Part shown: positions 18,839-29,258 of the stretch, one piece after another | Numbering within the stretch: the stretch's first letter is position 1 | Layout: each line of letters starts with the position of its first letter | Source: Bacteroidales bacterium | GTDB lineage: Bacteria; Bacteroidota; Bacteroidia; Bacteroidales; B18-G4 | DNA length: 64,000 bases | Reading direction: 5' to 3' | NCBI GenBank assembly: GCA_018401355.1 | Contig: JAGYLD010000004.1 | Coordinates: forward strand, 1,628-65,627 | Position numbers and translations under genes: made by a program | Notes under the pieces: model-generated | The model's database searches: none | Told to the model about the DNA's origin: nothing | What the model saw: only the letters and a program-made list of their open reading frames with translations

Positions 18839-20623
18839 TCAGAACTTATAAAGGTTATCTTCAATTAGCTTGTCGGCAATCCTTCTTCTTGCTTCCTTTA
18901 CATTCACGGGTACAACATATGTATAGGCAACAAGGGCTTTATACATCTTATCGAATTCCTCACCTTCAACAAACGATGCAACGGCATCCATACCGCTTTT
19001 GCGTATTTTGCATCCAGCATCATAAAGAAACACATCCATAATATCATGATATGTGCTGCTGCGCTCAATACCATGTATTTTTTCCAGCTTTTCAACCCTC
19101 AACAACGTAGATTCTGCTGCATACAATTGCATCAGCATGTCGGAAATATTCATCATGATCTCCTGTTCCTGAACCAATTGCTTTTTTAAAGTCTGATATG
19201 CTTTTCCAATGATCATCAGGATGGCATTTTTAAATCCCTCAACATGATAATGAGCAACTTCGAAATAACCTTCAGGTAATTTTTTGCTGTATTCTTCAGG
19301 ATTATTGATTTCTGAAAGGATCTGATCTGCTTTATCAAAAACCTCAAGATCTTTTTTCATGGCTTTCTTCATGAGGGTATCAACAGTGAGAAGCCTGTTA
19401 ATTTCATTTGTTCCCTCGAATATCCTGTTAATCCTGGAATCACGGTAGCCTCTTTCAACTTGTGATTCTGAAGAATATCCCATCCCTCCGTGTATCTGCA
19501 CTGCTTCATCCATAACGAAATCAAGCACTTCGGAGCCATATACCTTCATCATTGCCGCCTCGATGGCATATTGCGAAATGGCTTTGATCTCTGCTTTTCC
19601 TTCATCCATACCTTTTTCAACATACTCATCTTTCAGTTCATCAATATGCTGACAAATCCTGAATACAGCAGATTCATTGGTAAAAGTCCGGATAACCTGT
19701 TCCGCAAGTTTTTGTTTTATAGCACCAAATGCTGAAAGGAAAGACCCGAATTGTTTTCTTTCGTTTGCATAATTAACAGATTGGGTAATGGCAAGCTTCT
19801 CCGCACCGATAACAATGCCTCCAAGTTTGATCCTTCCCATGTGCAAAATATCCAATGCGATTCTGAATCCTCCTCCACGACAACCAATCAGATTTTCAAC
19901 CGGAACTTTGACATCATTGAAAAATATCTGTCTTGTTGATGATCCCTTAATTCCCATTTTCTTTTCTTCGGGGTTCAGGGTGATGCCTTCAGAATCACTA
20001 TCAACAATAAATGCACTTAAGACCCTGTCGTTGTCAATCTTGGCAAAAACAGTCAGTACATCTGCAAATCCACCATTGGTGATCCACATCTTTTGACCGT
20101 TGAGGATATAATGTTTACCATCTTCAGATAAAACAGCCCGGGTTTTTCCGGAATTTGCATCAGACCCTGCATTGGGTTCTGTCAGGCAATATGCTGCTGT
20201 CAATTCCCCGGTAGCAAGTTTTGGGAGATATTTATTTTTTTGCTCATCATTTCCATAATAAGCAATCGGGCAGGTACCAATGCCAATATGCGCTGAATAT
20301 GCAACTGAAAAGGAATACCCGGCACCAATTTTCTCATTGGCAAGCATAGCAGTTGTAAAACTCTGTCCAAAACCTTCATATTTTTCAGGCAAAGAAATGC
20401 CGAGCAGACCAAGTTCTCCTGCTTTGTTCAGCATTTCTCTCATGATGCCTTCTTCTTGAGCGTCAATCCTGTCTAGATTTGGAAATATCTCTGATTCGAG
20501 GAAATCCTGGCAAGTTTGAGCAATCATTCGTTGTTCCTCATCAAATTCCTCGGGAATAAAAACTTCTTCAGGAGCGGATTCTTTTACCAGAAAGGCCCCA
20601 CCTGTCGTAATTTGCTTTTCCAT
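18839..20623 (-). CDS. Acyl-CoA dehydrogenase, long form with C-terminal extension (594 aa)
   Basis: Has YCLTEPNAGSD and IFEGTNEINR, followed by ~170 extra C-terminal residues. Confidence 0.9.
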   Translation of the reverse strand: MEKQITTGGAFLVKESAPEEVFIPEEFDEEQRMIAQTCQDFLESEIFPNLDRIDAQEEGIMREMLNKAGELGLLGISLPEKYEGFGQSFTTAMLANEKIGAGYSFSVAYSAHIGIGTCPIAYYGNDEQKNKYLPKLATGELTAAYCLTEPNAGSDANSGKTRAVLSEDGKHYILNGQKMWITNGGFADVLTVFAKIDNDRVLSAFIVDSDSEGITLNPEEKKMGIKGSSTRQIFFNDVKVPVENLIGCRGGGFRIALDILHMGRIKLGGIVIGAEKLAITQSVNYANERKQFGSFLSAFGAIKQKLAEQVIRTFTNESAVFRICQHIDELKDEYVEKGMDEGKAEIKAISQYAIEAAMMKVYGSEVLDFVMDEAVQIHGGMGYSSESQVERGYRDSRINRIFEGTNEINRLLTVDTLMKKAMKKDLEVFDKADQILSEINNPEEYSKKLPEGYFEVAHYHVEGFKNAILMIIGKAYQTLKKQLVQEQEIMMNISDMLMQLYAAESTLLRVEKLEKIHGIERSSTYHDIMDVFLYDAGCKIRKSGMDAVASFVEGEEFDKMYKALVAYTYVVPVNVKEARRRIADKLIEDNLYKF

Positions 20624-20644
20624 GGATTTAAATTTTTAAAGCTG

Positions 20645-20652
20645 CAAATATA
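20645..20652 (-). promoter_or_regulatory. -7 box TATATTTG (minus strand) for the long acyl-CoA dehydrogenase
   Basis: Plus-strand caaatata is the reverse complement of TATATTTG. It lies 22 nt upstream of the ATG at 20623. Confidence 0.4.
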
Positions 20653-20653
20653 T

Positions 20654-20692
20654 AGAAATATTCCAACCGCATTTGCTGGTTGGAATATTTCT
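20654..20692 (-). terminator. Perfect 15-bp stem hairpin downstream of clpC
   Basis: AGAAATATTCCAACC-N9-GGTTGGAATATTTCT. On the minus strand it is followed by ATATATTTG. Confidence 0.6.
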
Positions 20693-20760
20693 GACGGTTA
20701 TGCCATCATAAATTGGACAACCGTTTTCGCGGATGTTCCTGTATATGTACTGATTCAATT

Positions 20761-23316
20761 TCAGGATTTCTCTTTCAGTTCTTTGGCATTTTTGTTTTTG
20801 GTGATCTTAATGGTAATTTCTTCTTTCTCGCTGTTGAGGCCAAGATGTATGGTGTCGCCTGCATCTACCTTTGATTTTATCAGTTCTTCTGCGAGGACGT
20901 CTTCCACATATTTTTGAATGGCTCTTTTGAGTGGTCGCGCACCAAATTGTGAATCATATCCTTTGTCAACTATAAAATCTTTGGCCTGCTTGGTCATTTC
21001 TATCTTATAGCCCAGATCATGAATCCTTGTATAAAGTTCCTGGAGTTCAATATCAATGATTGAATAAATATGTTCTTTTTCCAGTGGTTCAAAGATCACT
21101 ACATCATCGATCCTGTTTAAAAACTCAGGAGCAAAAGCCTTTTTCAGGGCATTTTCAATAACCCCTTTGGCGTAGTTGGTCTTAGCAGATTTTTTTGCAG
21201 CTGTTGAGAAACCAACACCCTGTCCGAAATCCTTGATTTGACGGGAACCAATATTTGAAGTCATAATGATGATCGTATTTTTGAAATCAACCCTACGGCC
21301 AAGGCTGTCGGTCAATACGCCATCGTCAAGCACCTGCAACAGAAGATGGAATACATCGGGATGGGCTTTCTCAATCTCATCAAGCAGGACAATGGAATAA
21401 GGTTTTCTTCTGACTTTTTCCGTTAACTGTCCACCTTCTTCGTATCCAACATATCCCGGAGGAGCTCCAACGAGCCTGGAGACTGCAAATTTCTCCATGT
21501 ATTCACTCATATCAATCCTTACAAGAGCTTCCTCGGTATCGAATAAATATCTTGCCAGAATTTTTGCAAGGTGAGTCTTCCCGACACCCGTAGGTCCAAG
21601 GAAAACAAAGGATCCGATCGGTTTTTTGGGATCTTTGAGGCCGGCCCTGTTACGTCTGATGGCCTTAACAACCTTTTTTATGGCCTCACTTTGTCCAATA
21701 ACAGAATCTGCCAGGTCTTTATCCATATTAATGAGTCGGTCACCTTCATTCTTGGCGATCCTTTGAACAGGAATCCCTGTCATCATTGCCACTACTTCAG
21801 CAACATTATCCTCTGAAACGGGTTCCCTGTGTATCTTGGCATCTTCCTCCCATTTTCTTTTAGACGATTCAAGGTCAGACTGCAATTTTCTTTCGATATC
21901 ACGAAATTCCGCAGCTTCTTCAAACTTCTGGCTGTTGATGGCTTTTGTTTTATTTTTCTTGGTTTCCTCGATTTTATTTTCGATCTCAATGATCTCTGAT
22001 GGTACATGGATGTTGGTTATATGCACACGCGCACCAGCTTCATCGAGAGCGTCAATGGCCTTATCCGGCAGGTATCTGTCGGATATGTATCTGTTGGTTA
22101 GCTGAACACAAGCTGTTAAGGCATCACTTGAATATTTCACCAGGTGATGGTCTTCATATTTCTCCTTGATGTTGTTCAGTATCTCTATGGTTTCATCTGA
22201 AGTAGTCGGATCTACCAAGACCTTTTGAAAACGGCGCTCCAGCGCCCCGTCTTTCTCGATGTATTGCCTGTATTCATCCAGTGTGGTGGCACCGATGCAT
22301 TGCAGTTCCCCCCTGGCAAGAGCAGGTTTGAACATGTTTGAGGCATCAAGAGAACCGGAAGCATTCCCTGCTCCGACAATGGTATGTATCTCATCGATAA
22401 ACAGAATGATATCCGGATTTTTTTCAAGTTCGTTTAAAACAGCTTTCATGCGCTCTTCAAATTGCCCACGGTATTTTGTTCCTGCAACCAGTGAGGCAAG
22501 GTCGAGGGTGATGATCCTTTTATTGAACAAGGCCCTGGAAACTTTCCTGTTGACAATCTGCAGTGCCAATCCTTCAGCTATGGCAGATTTTCCAACACCG
22601 GGTTCTCCAATCAGGATGGGATTGTTCTTTTTGCGCCTGCTTAATACCTGGGCAATCCTTTCAAGTTCTTTTTCCCGGCCTACAATTGGATCCAGTTTTC
22701 CTTCTTCGGCAAGTTTGGTAATGTCTCTTCCGAAATTATCAAGCACCGGGGTTTTAGACTTAGTGTCAGACATCTTACGAATATTGCCGCCAAAGCCGCC
22801 ACGACCTGCTTCTTCCTCCTCATCGGCAGCATCACCAGGCAATTCATCCATTGGATTTGATCTTTCGTCTGTGTCTTTACGGGTCATCATGGTCTTTAAT
22901 TCATCTTTCACTGAATCATAATCAATGCCCATTTTTCCAAAAACCTTGGTTACGATGTTGTTTTCATCCTTCAGTATTGACAATAAAAGATGTTCAGTAC
23001 CAATTAAATCGCTGTTGAACAATTTGGCCTCCAAATAAGTTATTTTCAGGGCTCTTTCGGCTTGCTTGACTAAGGGAAGATTATCGGCATTTTTTATTTT
23101 CCTGTCAGAATTGGCAATGGATAATTCAATGGTTTTTCTAAGTTCCCTGAGGTCAATTCCAAAGTAGTGCATAATCTGGATAGCCTTTCCTTCGCCGTCA
23201 CGCAAGATTCCTAACAAAAGATGTTCCAGGCCGATATAATCGTTCCCCAGACGAAGGGCCTCCTCACGACTAAATGACAAAACATCTTTAACTCTTTGCG
23301 AAAACTTTGCTTCCAT
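20761..23316 (-). CDS. clpC: Clp/Hsp100 AAA+ ATPase, ClpC type
   Basis: Two Clp_N repeats, NBD1 GEPGVGKS, UVR-like linker QKFEEAAEFRDIERKL, NBD2 GPTGVGKT, candidate ClpP-docking VGF loop. Confidence 0.9.
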   Translation of the reverse strand: MEAKFSQRVKDVLSFSREEALRLGNDYIGLEHLLLGILRDGEGKAIQIMHYFGIDLRELRKTIELSIANSDRKIKNADNLPLVKQAERALKITYLEAKLFNSDLIGTEHLLLSILKDENNIVTKVFGKMGIDYDSVKDELKTMMTRKDTDERSNPMDELPGDAADEEEEAGRGGFGGNIRKMSDTKSKTPVLDNFGRDITKLAEEGKLDPIVGREKELERIAQVLSRRKKNNPILIGEPGVGKSAIAEGLALQIVNRKVSRALFNKRIITLDLASLVAGTKYRGQFEERMKAVLNELEKNPDIILFIDEIHTIVGAGNASGSLDASNMFKPALARGELQCIGATTLDEYRQYIEKDGALERRFQKVLVDPTTSDETIEILNNIKEKYEDHHLVKYSSDALTACVQLTNRYISDRYLPDKAIDALDEAGARVHITNIHVPSEIIEIENKIEETKKNKTKAINSQKFEEAAEFRDIERKLQSDLESSKRKWEEDAKIHREPVSEDNVAEVVAMMTGIPVQRIAKNEGDRLINMDKDLADSVIGQSEAIKKVVKAIRRNRAGLKDPKKPIGSFVFLGPTGVGKTHLAKILARYLFDTEEALVRIDMSEYMEKFAVSRLVGAPPGYVGYEEGGQLTEKVRRKPYSIVLLDEIEKAHPDVFHLLLQVLDDGVLTDSLGRRVDFKNTIIIMTSNIGSRQIKDFGQGVGFSTAAKKSAKTNYAKGVIENALKKAFAPEFLNRIDDVVIFEPLEKEHIYSIIDIELQELYTRIHDLGYKIEMTKQAKDFIVDKGYDSQFGARPLKRAIQKYVEDVLAEELIKSKVDAGDTIHLGLNSEKEEITIKITKNKNAKELKEKS

Positions 23317-23602
23317 ATCTTTAGTTTAGATGATTTAGTTACTTCAGTAAATTAAGCTGATTTCTCAATTTCTACCTTATAGCTTTAATTATCATTAAAC
23401 AACTAAGTGCCCGGCAGAGTTCATTCATGTTTTTGTTCAATATTCATACCAAAATAACGTGAAACAAAATTACTTACAATATGCACATCAAGTCAAAAAT
23501 AATTACAAAAACCCCCAAAATGCTTTTAAATTCTTCTTTTTATCAACATAGGAGTGTTTATAATCATGAAATTCTTATACCTTTCAAGTCCGACAAATTT
23601 AT

Positions 23603-23610
23603 TAATTTTG
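23603..23610 (+). promoter_or_regulatory. -7 box TAATTTTG upstream of gyrA
   Basis: Exact TAnnTTTG match 54 nt before the ATG at 23664. Confidence 0.35.
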
Positions 23611-23663
23611 CAACGAATAGGGAAAAATAATCTTCTGTATCTGAGCAGATTAAATTTATAAGT

Positions 23664-26180
23664 ATGCACGAAGGGGAAAAGATAATTAAGGTAAACATAG
23701 AGAACCAGATGAAGTCGGCTTATATCGACTATTCTATGTCTGTCATTGTGTCAAGGGCATTGCCCGATGTCAGGGATGGATTGAAACCGGTTCACAGGCG
23801 GGTTTTATATGGCATGCTTGACTTAGGGGTTTTGTCAAACAGATCTTATAAGAAATCTGCCAGGATAGTAGGGGAGGTGCTGGGTAAATACCACCCCCAT
23901 GGTGACATGTCCGTTTACGATGCTATGGTCAGAATGGCCCAGGACTGGTCACTCAGGTATCCATTGGTCGACGGGCAAGGAAACTTTGGATCCATCGATG
24001 GTGACAGTCCTGCAGCCATGCGATATACTGAAGCCAGGCTCAAAAAGATCGCTGAAGAGATGCTGGCCGACATTGACAAGGACACAGTTGATTTCCAACT
24101 GAACTTTGATGATACGTTAAAAGAGCCAACAGTATTACCCTCCAGAATACCTCAGTTACTTATAAACGGGGTTTCCGGAATAGCTGTGGGTATGGCAACG
24201 AATATGCCCCCACATAATATTTCAGAGGTGATTGATGGTACCATAGCCTATATAGACAATAACGAGATCACCATCCCTGAGCTGATGAAATTTATCAAGG
24301 CTCCGGATTTTCCAACCGGCGGGATCATTTATGGTTATGAAGGCGTTAAAGATGCTTTCGAAACAGGAAGGGGAAGGATCGTGCTGAGGGGAGAGTCTAC
24401 AGTTGAACAAACATCTTCAGGACGTGACCGCATCGTAGTGACATCCATTCCTTACCAGGTCAACAAGGCTGAAATGATAAAGAAAACGGCAGACCTTGTA
24501 AACGATAAGAAGATTGAAGGGATTTCCGATATCAGGGATGAATCCGACAGGAATGGCTTGCGGATCGTCTATGAACTTAAAAAAGATGCCGTTACCAATG
24601 TGGTTCTAAACAAACTTTATCAGTATACCGCATTGCAGACTTCTTTTAATGTCAACAACATCGCATTGGTTAAGGGGCGTCCCCAAATGCTTAATCTTAA
24701 AGATATCATAAGGCATTATGTTAACCACCGCCACGATGTCTTGATAAGAAAGACAAAATACGAACTCAATGAGGCTGAAAAACGTGCTCATATCCTTGAA
24801 GGATTATTGATCGCACTTGACAACCTTGATGAAGTCATTGCCTTGATCAGGGGTTCCCAAACACCTGAAGAAGCCAGGACCGGGTTGATGGAAAAGTTCG
24901 GACTGTCAGAAATACAGGCCAAAGCCATCCTGGATATGCGCCTTCAAAGGCTTACAGGACTGGAAAGAGATAAAATCCGTCAGGAATACGATGAACTGCT
25001 TAAAACCATAGAACATTATAAAGAGATCCTGGCCGATGAAGATCTTCGGATGGATATCATAAAAAAAGATTTACTTGAGATCAAAGAGAAATATGGTGAT
25101 GAGGCCAAAACTGAGATCGAATATGCCGCAGATGATTTCAGGATTGAAGATACCATACCGGATGAAGAGGTTGTGCTAACCATTTCTCATCTTGGATACA
25201 TCAAGCGGACTCCGTTAACAGAATACAGAAGGCAAAACAGGGGAGGACGCGGTACACGGGGAAGTGACATCAGGGATAAAGATTTTGTTGAATACCTGTT
25301 TGTGGCCTCAAACCACAACCATATGTTGTTCTTTACAGAGGCCGGGAAATGTTTTTGGCTGCGTGTATTTGAAATTCCTGAAGGAACAAAAGCTTCAAAA
25401 GGAAGGGCCATCCAAAATATCATCAACATAGAGCCTGACGACAAGGTGCGGGCATTTGTCAATGTCAAAGACCTTAAAGATGAGGAATACATCAGCAACA
25501 ATTATATTGTCCTCTGCACACAAAAAGGAACCATAAAAAAAATGGCGCTGGAAGCATTTTCCAGGCCAAGGCAAAACGGGATCAATGCCATTAATATTAA
25601 TGAAGGGGATCAGTTGCTTGAGGCAAGACTTACAAATGGAAAACAGGAGATCCTTATGGCACTGAAATCAGGCCGGGCCATCCGTTTCAATGAAAAAAAT
25701 GTCCGGGCTATGGGTAGAAACGCAGCTGGTGTGAGGGGCATCATCCTCGGAGGTAAAACCGATGAGGTGGTTGGAATGATTTGTATTGAGAATGAAGAAA
25801 CAAATATCCTCGTTGTGTCTGAAAATGGATATGGAAAGCGTTCCAGCCTTGATGACTACAGAATCACCAACAGGGGGGGGAAAGGCGTTAAAACCATTAA
25901 TATTACAAAAAAGACCGGCTCCCTGATAGCAATGAAGGATGTCACCAACAACGACGACCTGATGATCATCAATAAATCCGGGATACTTATCAGGCTTCCT
26001 GTCAGCAGCCTGAGGGTTATGGGTAGAGCAACACAAGGTGTCAGACTGATAAACCTCAAAGGTGGTGATGCCATTGCAGCAGTCACGAAAGTCAGCATCA
26101 TGGATGAGGAAGAAATTGATGATAACATTGAAGTAAATACAGAAGGTATTGAAAACCAAGAAGATGAAACAAAAGAATAG
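23664..26180 (+). CDS. gyrA: DNA gyrase subunit A
   Basis: [14 protein letters not shown], active-site [10 protein letters not shown], GyrA box [11 protein letters not shown]-terminal beta-pinwheel repeats, acidic tail. Confidence 0.97.
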   Translation: MHEGEKIIKVNIENQMKSAYIDYSMSVIVSRALPDVRDGLKPVHRRVLYGMLDLGVLSNRSYKKSARIVGEVLGKYHPHGDMSVYDAMVRMAQDWSLRYPLVDGQGNFGSIDGDSPAAMRYTEARLKKIAEEMLADIDKDTVDFQLNFDDTLKEPTVLPSRIPQLLINGVSGIAVGMATNMPPHNISEVIDGTIAYIDNNEITIPELMKFIKAPDFPTGGIIYGYEGVKDAFETGRGRIVLRGESTVEQTSSGRDRIVVTSIPYQVNKAEMIKKTADLVNDKKIEGISDIRDESDRNGLRIVYELKKDAVTNVVLNKLYQYTALQTSFNVNNIALVKGRPQMLNLKDIIRHYVNHRHDVLIRKTKYELNEAEKRAHILEGLLIALDNLDEVIALIRGSQTPEEARTGLMEKFGLSEIQAKAILDMRLQRLTGLERDKIRQEYDELLKTIEHYKEILADEDLRMDIIKKDLLEIKEKYGDEAKTEIEYAADDFRIEDTIPDEEVVLTISHLGYIKRTPLTEYRRQNRGGRGTRGSDIRDKDFVEYLFVASNHNHMLFFTEAGKCFWLRVFEIPEGTKASKGRAIQNIINIEPDDKVRAFVNVKDLKDEEYISNNYIVLCTQKGTIKKMALEAFSRPRQNGINAININEGDQLLEARLTNGKQEILMALKSGRAIRFNEKNVRAMGRNAAGVRGIILGGKTDEVVGMICIENEETNILVVSENGYGKRSSLDDYRITNRGGKGVKTINITKKTGSLIAMKDVTNNDDLMIINKSGILIRLPVSSLRVMGRATQGVRLINLKGGDAIAAVTKVSIMDEEEIDDNIEVNTEGIENQEDETKE

Positions 26181-26260
26181 GGGATGTGATTTTTGGCAGA
26201 AAAATTGATGTATAATTCATGTATTTTATAAATTTGCCCAAAGACATTAAAAAATTAATT

Positions 26261-27403
26261 ATGATGAAAAGAATTATTTTTCTTCTGGTAATTGTTTTTG
26301 CTGTAAATGTTGCCTATGCACAGAAATCAAAACGTACTACAGCATATAACTATTTGCGCAACAACAATCTGGCTAAAGCCATGGAAAACATTGAGCCTAC
26401 AATCACTAATGAAAAGACTATGGCAGATGCTAAAACATGGTATTACAGAGGCACCATCTATCTGCAAATAGCCATGAGCACAGATCCTGAAGTAAAAGCA
26501 CTTTCTGAAGATGCTTTAAACATTGCATATGAGTCTTATATAAAAGCAAAGGAACTGGATGAAAAGGGGCTATATACCACAGACATCAACAATAATTTAA
26601 AAGTAATTGTCCAGGAATTTTATAGAATAGGCGTAGAGAAATTTAACCAGAATGATTTTCTGGGCGCGGCTGATTTTTTGGAAAAGACTTTTAAAGTCAG
26701 TGAATCCTTTGGAATATTAGACTCTGCATCAGCATATTACACTGCATATGCTTATCAGGCTGGTAAAGATTATGAAAATGCCAGGAAATATTACAATATG
26801 CTGATTGAAGCGGATTACAAAAAGCCTGTGATGTATGCTTCGATGGCGGAAATGTACAAAGCAGAAGCAGATACTGCCACTGCTTTGGAAATTATTAAAG
26901 CAGGAAGAGAAAAATTTCCAAAGAACTTTGACCTTTTAATTGCAGAAACAAATATTTATTTGAGCCGGGGTGATACAAAGAATGCTCTTGACAACCTGGA
27001 AACAGCACTTGAACAAGATACTACCAACCCCAGTATTTATTTTGCCATAGGAACCAACTACGAAAACCTTGAAGAATATGATGAGGCTGAAAATGCCTAT
27101 AAACAAGCTATCCGGCTTAATCCAGAATATTTTGATGCTTTTTATAATCTTGGTGCCTTGTATGTAAACAGAGCTGCTGCCATCCTTGATTCTGCAAATG
27201 CACTGCCACTGGAAGAAACTGAGAAATACGATAAAATGAAGGCAGAAGCTGATGCATACCTTAAGGAATCCATTCCGCACCTTGAACGGGCATTGGAAAT
27301 CAATCCGAACGACAGAACAACCATAGTTTCACTGCGTGAGATTTACGCCAGATTAAATATGACGGAAAAGCTGAATGAGATCAAGGAGATGATGAAAAAA
27401 TAG
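26261..27403 (+). CDS. Secreted TPR-repeat protein
   Basis: Signal peptide (VNVAYAQ) and repeated TPR-like AxxYxxAI...P motifs. The start is taken at the MMKR Met. Confidence 0.75.
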   Translation: MMKRIIFLLVIVFAVNVAYAQKSKRTTAYNYLRNNNLAKAMENIEPTITNEKTMADAKTWYYRGTIYLQIAMSTDPEVKALSEDALNIAYESYIKAKELDEKGLYTTDINNNLKVIVQEFYRIGVEKFNQNDFLGAADFLEKTFKVSESFGILDSASAYYTAYAYQAGKDYENARKYYNMLIEADYKKPVMYASMAEMYKAEADTATALEIIKAGREKFPKNFDLLIAETNIYLSRGDTKNALDNLETALEQDTTNPSIYFAIGTNYENLEEYDEAENAYKQAIRLNPEYFDAFYNLGALYVNRAAAILDSANALPLEETEKYDKMKAEADAYLKESIPHLERALEINPNDRTTIVSLREIYARLNMTEKLNEIKEMMKK

Positions 27404-27422
27404 TTCTCATTGTAATGATAAA

Positions 27423-27450
27423 AAGGGGAGAGACATTTTGTTCTCCCCTT
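27423..27450. terminator. Bidirectional intrinsic terminator between the TPR gene and prx
   Basis: AAGGGGAGA-N10-TCTCCCCTT, with T-rich flanks on both strands. Confidence 0.65.
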
Positions 27451-27555
27451 TGTTTCAATAATTACTATTTAACATAATATTAATTATAGGACATTTGTAT
27501 ATTATAAAACAGGGATCATTTATAGATCCCTGTATGCTATTAGATATATTAACCT

Positions 27556-28242
27556 TTAGTTCAAATCCTTCTTGCACAAATAGAAATCAATCCTTTCACA
27601 TGAATCGTCATTCATGCGGTCGTTCATTTCATCAAGTGTCTTTGGTGGTGGTACGATCACTTTGTCGCCTTTTTTCCAGTTCAATGGCATAGCAACTTTG
27701 TACTTGTCTGATGTCTGCAGTGCCTCCAGTACCCTGATGATCTCATCCATGTTTCTTCCAACGTTTAACGGATAATACATGATCAAACGGATTTTCTTGG
27801 CCGGGTCAATGAAAAATACCGCACGGACAGCAGCCGTCTCATGCTCGTTGGGCTGAAGCATTCCGTAAAGTTTGGATACTTTCATATCCAGGTCGGCTAT
27901 GATCGGGAAATCAAAATAAACGCCAGTTTTTTCTTTTACATTATTTACCCATGCCAGATGTGAATGAATGCTGTCGATGCTGAGTCCCAGCAATTCGGTA
28001 TTCAGTGCATCAAACTCACTTTTTCTTTCAGCAAAACCACTCATTTCAGTGGTACAAACAGGAGTAAAATCTGCAGGGTGTGAAAACATTACTATCCATT
28101 TGTCCTTGGCAAACTCTGAAAGCTTAATGTTCCCTTTAGTGGTTATTGCAGTGAAATCAGGTGCCATATCCCCGATACGAGGCATCATTGCTACATTGTT
28201 TTGTTCTTCCATAATTAATTCTTTTAAGTTTTTCATATCCAA
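27556..28242 (-). CDS. Peroxiredoxin (Prx6 / 1-Cys-like)
   Basis: Has IGDMAPDF and FSHPADFTPVCTTE (peroxidatic Cys). Several candidate Met starts exist. Confidence 0.9.
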   Translation of the reverse strand: MDMKNLKELIMEEQNNVAMMPRIGDMAPDFTAITTKGNIKLSEFAKDKWIVMFSHPADFTPVCTTEMSGFAERKSEFDALNTELLGLSIDSIHSHLAWVNNVKEKTGVYFDFPIIADLDMKVSKLYGMLQPNEHETAAVRAVFFIDPAKKIRLIMYYPLNVGRNMDEIIRVLEALQTSDKYKVAMPLNWKKGDKVIVPPPKTLDEMNDRMNDDSCERIDFYLCKKDLN

Positions 28243-28296
28243 TAATTATTTTGCAAATATCCGATTTTTTATACTATATGTCAAATCAATATTTTC

Positions 28297-28304
28297 TATC
28301 TTTG
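28297..28304 (+). promoter_or_regulatory. -7 box TATCTTTG upstream of oxyR
   Basis: Exact TAnnTTTG match 19 nt before the ATG at 28324. Confidence 0.35.
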
Positions 28305-28323
28305 TATAAACAATATCTATTTT

Positions 28324-29256
28324 ATGACTTTACAACAACTTGAATACGTTATTGCACTAGACAATCATAGAAATTTTGTACGTGCTGCAGCGGCCTGCTT
28401 TGTTACCCAGCCCACTCTTACCATGCAGGTTCAAAAATTGGAAGAAGAAGTAGGATTCCAGATATTTAACCGGTCCAAAAAACCATTTCAACCAACAAAG
28501 GAAGGCGAAAGATTCATTGAAAGCGCCCGTAGGATACTTAATGAATTTAGTCTCCTAAAAAATCAAATAACACAGGAAAAGGAGCAAATATCAGGTGAAT
28601 TCAGGTTAGGAATCATTCCCACACTTGCACCCTACCTGGTACATAGGTTCCTTCCGTATTTTTTAAAAGAACTACCTGATACGAACCTGATTATTTCTGA
28701 ACTGCAAAGTGAACATATCATAGATTCACTGAAAAGGGATGCCATCGATATAGGGATCATGGCAACACCCATTGGAGAAAATCAAATCCGGGAAATTCCC
28801 GTTTACAATGAACCATTCCTGGCGTATTTTCCTGATGGCCACGAATTGTTAAACAAGAAAAATCTCAGTCAGGAAGAGCTTACAACGCATGGTTTGTTGT
28901 TGCTGGAAGAAGGGCATTGCTTCCGGGACCAGGCTTTGAATATTTGCAGTGCTGCCCCATCACAGGAACATCAATTCTTTGAATACCAGAGCGGTTCCAT
29001 AGGCACCCTGCTCAGGCTTGTTGAAAAAGGAACCGGGTTCACCCTCCTGCCCGAGCTTTCCATTGAGCATGAGAAACTAAACAAAAATAACCTGAGGAGA
29101 TTCTTGCATCCTGAGCCCGTAAGGGAAGTAGGCATAGTAGTTCACAATACTTTCTCACGGGAAGTGCTGTTAGATCATTTAAAGAAAGCCATCAAAACAA
29201 ACATTCCTGATTATATTAAAAAGGTCGAAGAAATAGTTCGCATAAAATGGAGATAG
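28324..29256 (+). CDS. oxyR: LysR-family peroxide sensor OxyR
   Basis: LysR HTH (FVRAAAACFVTQPTLTMQVQKLEEEVG). Redox cysteine pair with OxyR spacing: EGHCFRDQALNIC (C-x8-C). Divergent from prx. Confidence 0.85.
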   Translation: MTLQQLEYVIALDNHRNFVRAAAACFVTQPTLTMQVQKLEEEVGFQIFNRSKKPFQPTKEGERFIESARRILNEFSLLKNQITQEKEQISGEFRLGIIPTLAPYLVHRFLPYFLKELPDTNLIISELQSEHIIDSLKRDAIDIGIMATPIGENQIREIPVYNEPFLAYFPDGHELLNKKNLSQEELTTHGLLLLEEGHCFRDQALNICSAAPSQEHQFFEYQSGSIGTLLRLVEKGTGFTLLPELSIEHEKLNKNNLRRFLHPEPVREVGIVVHNTFSREVLLDHLKKAIKTNIPDYIKKVEEIVRIKWR

Positions 29257-29258
29257 AT

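Noticed and set aside
22259-22921. 220-aa ORF antisense to clpC
   Set aside because: It is the mirror-frame ORF of a highly conserved gene. It is Ser/Pro-rich and has no independent signals.
25873-25880. G8 homopolymer inside gyrA as a phase-variation site
   Set aside because: The gene is essential and the tract is in frame, encoding the conserved NRGGKG blade motif. It is useful only as an internal control showing that homopolymers are resolved in this assembly.
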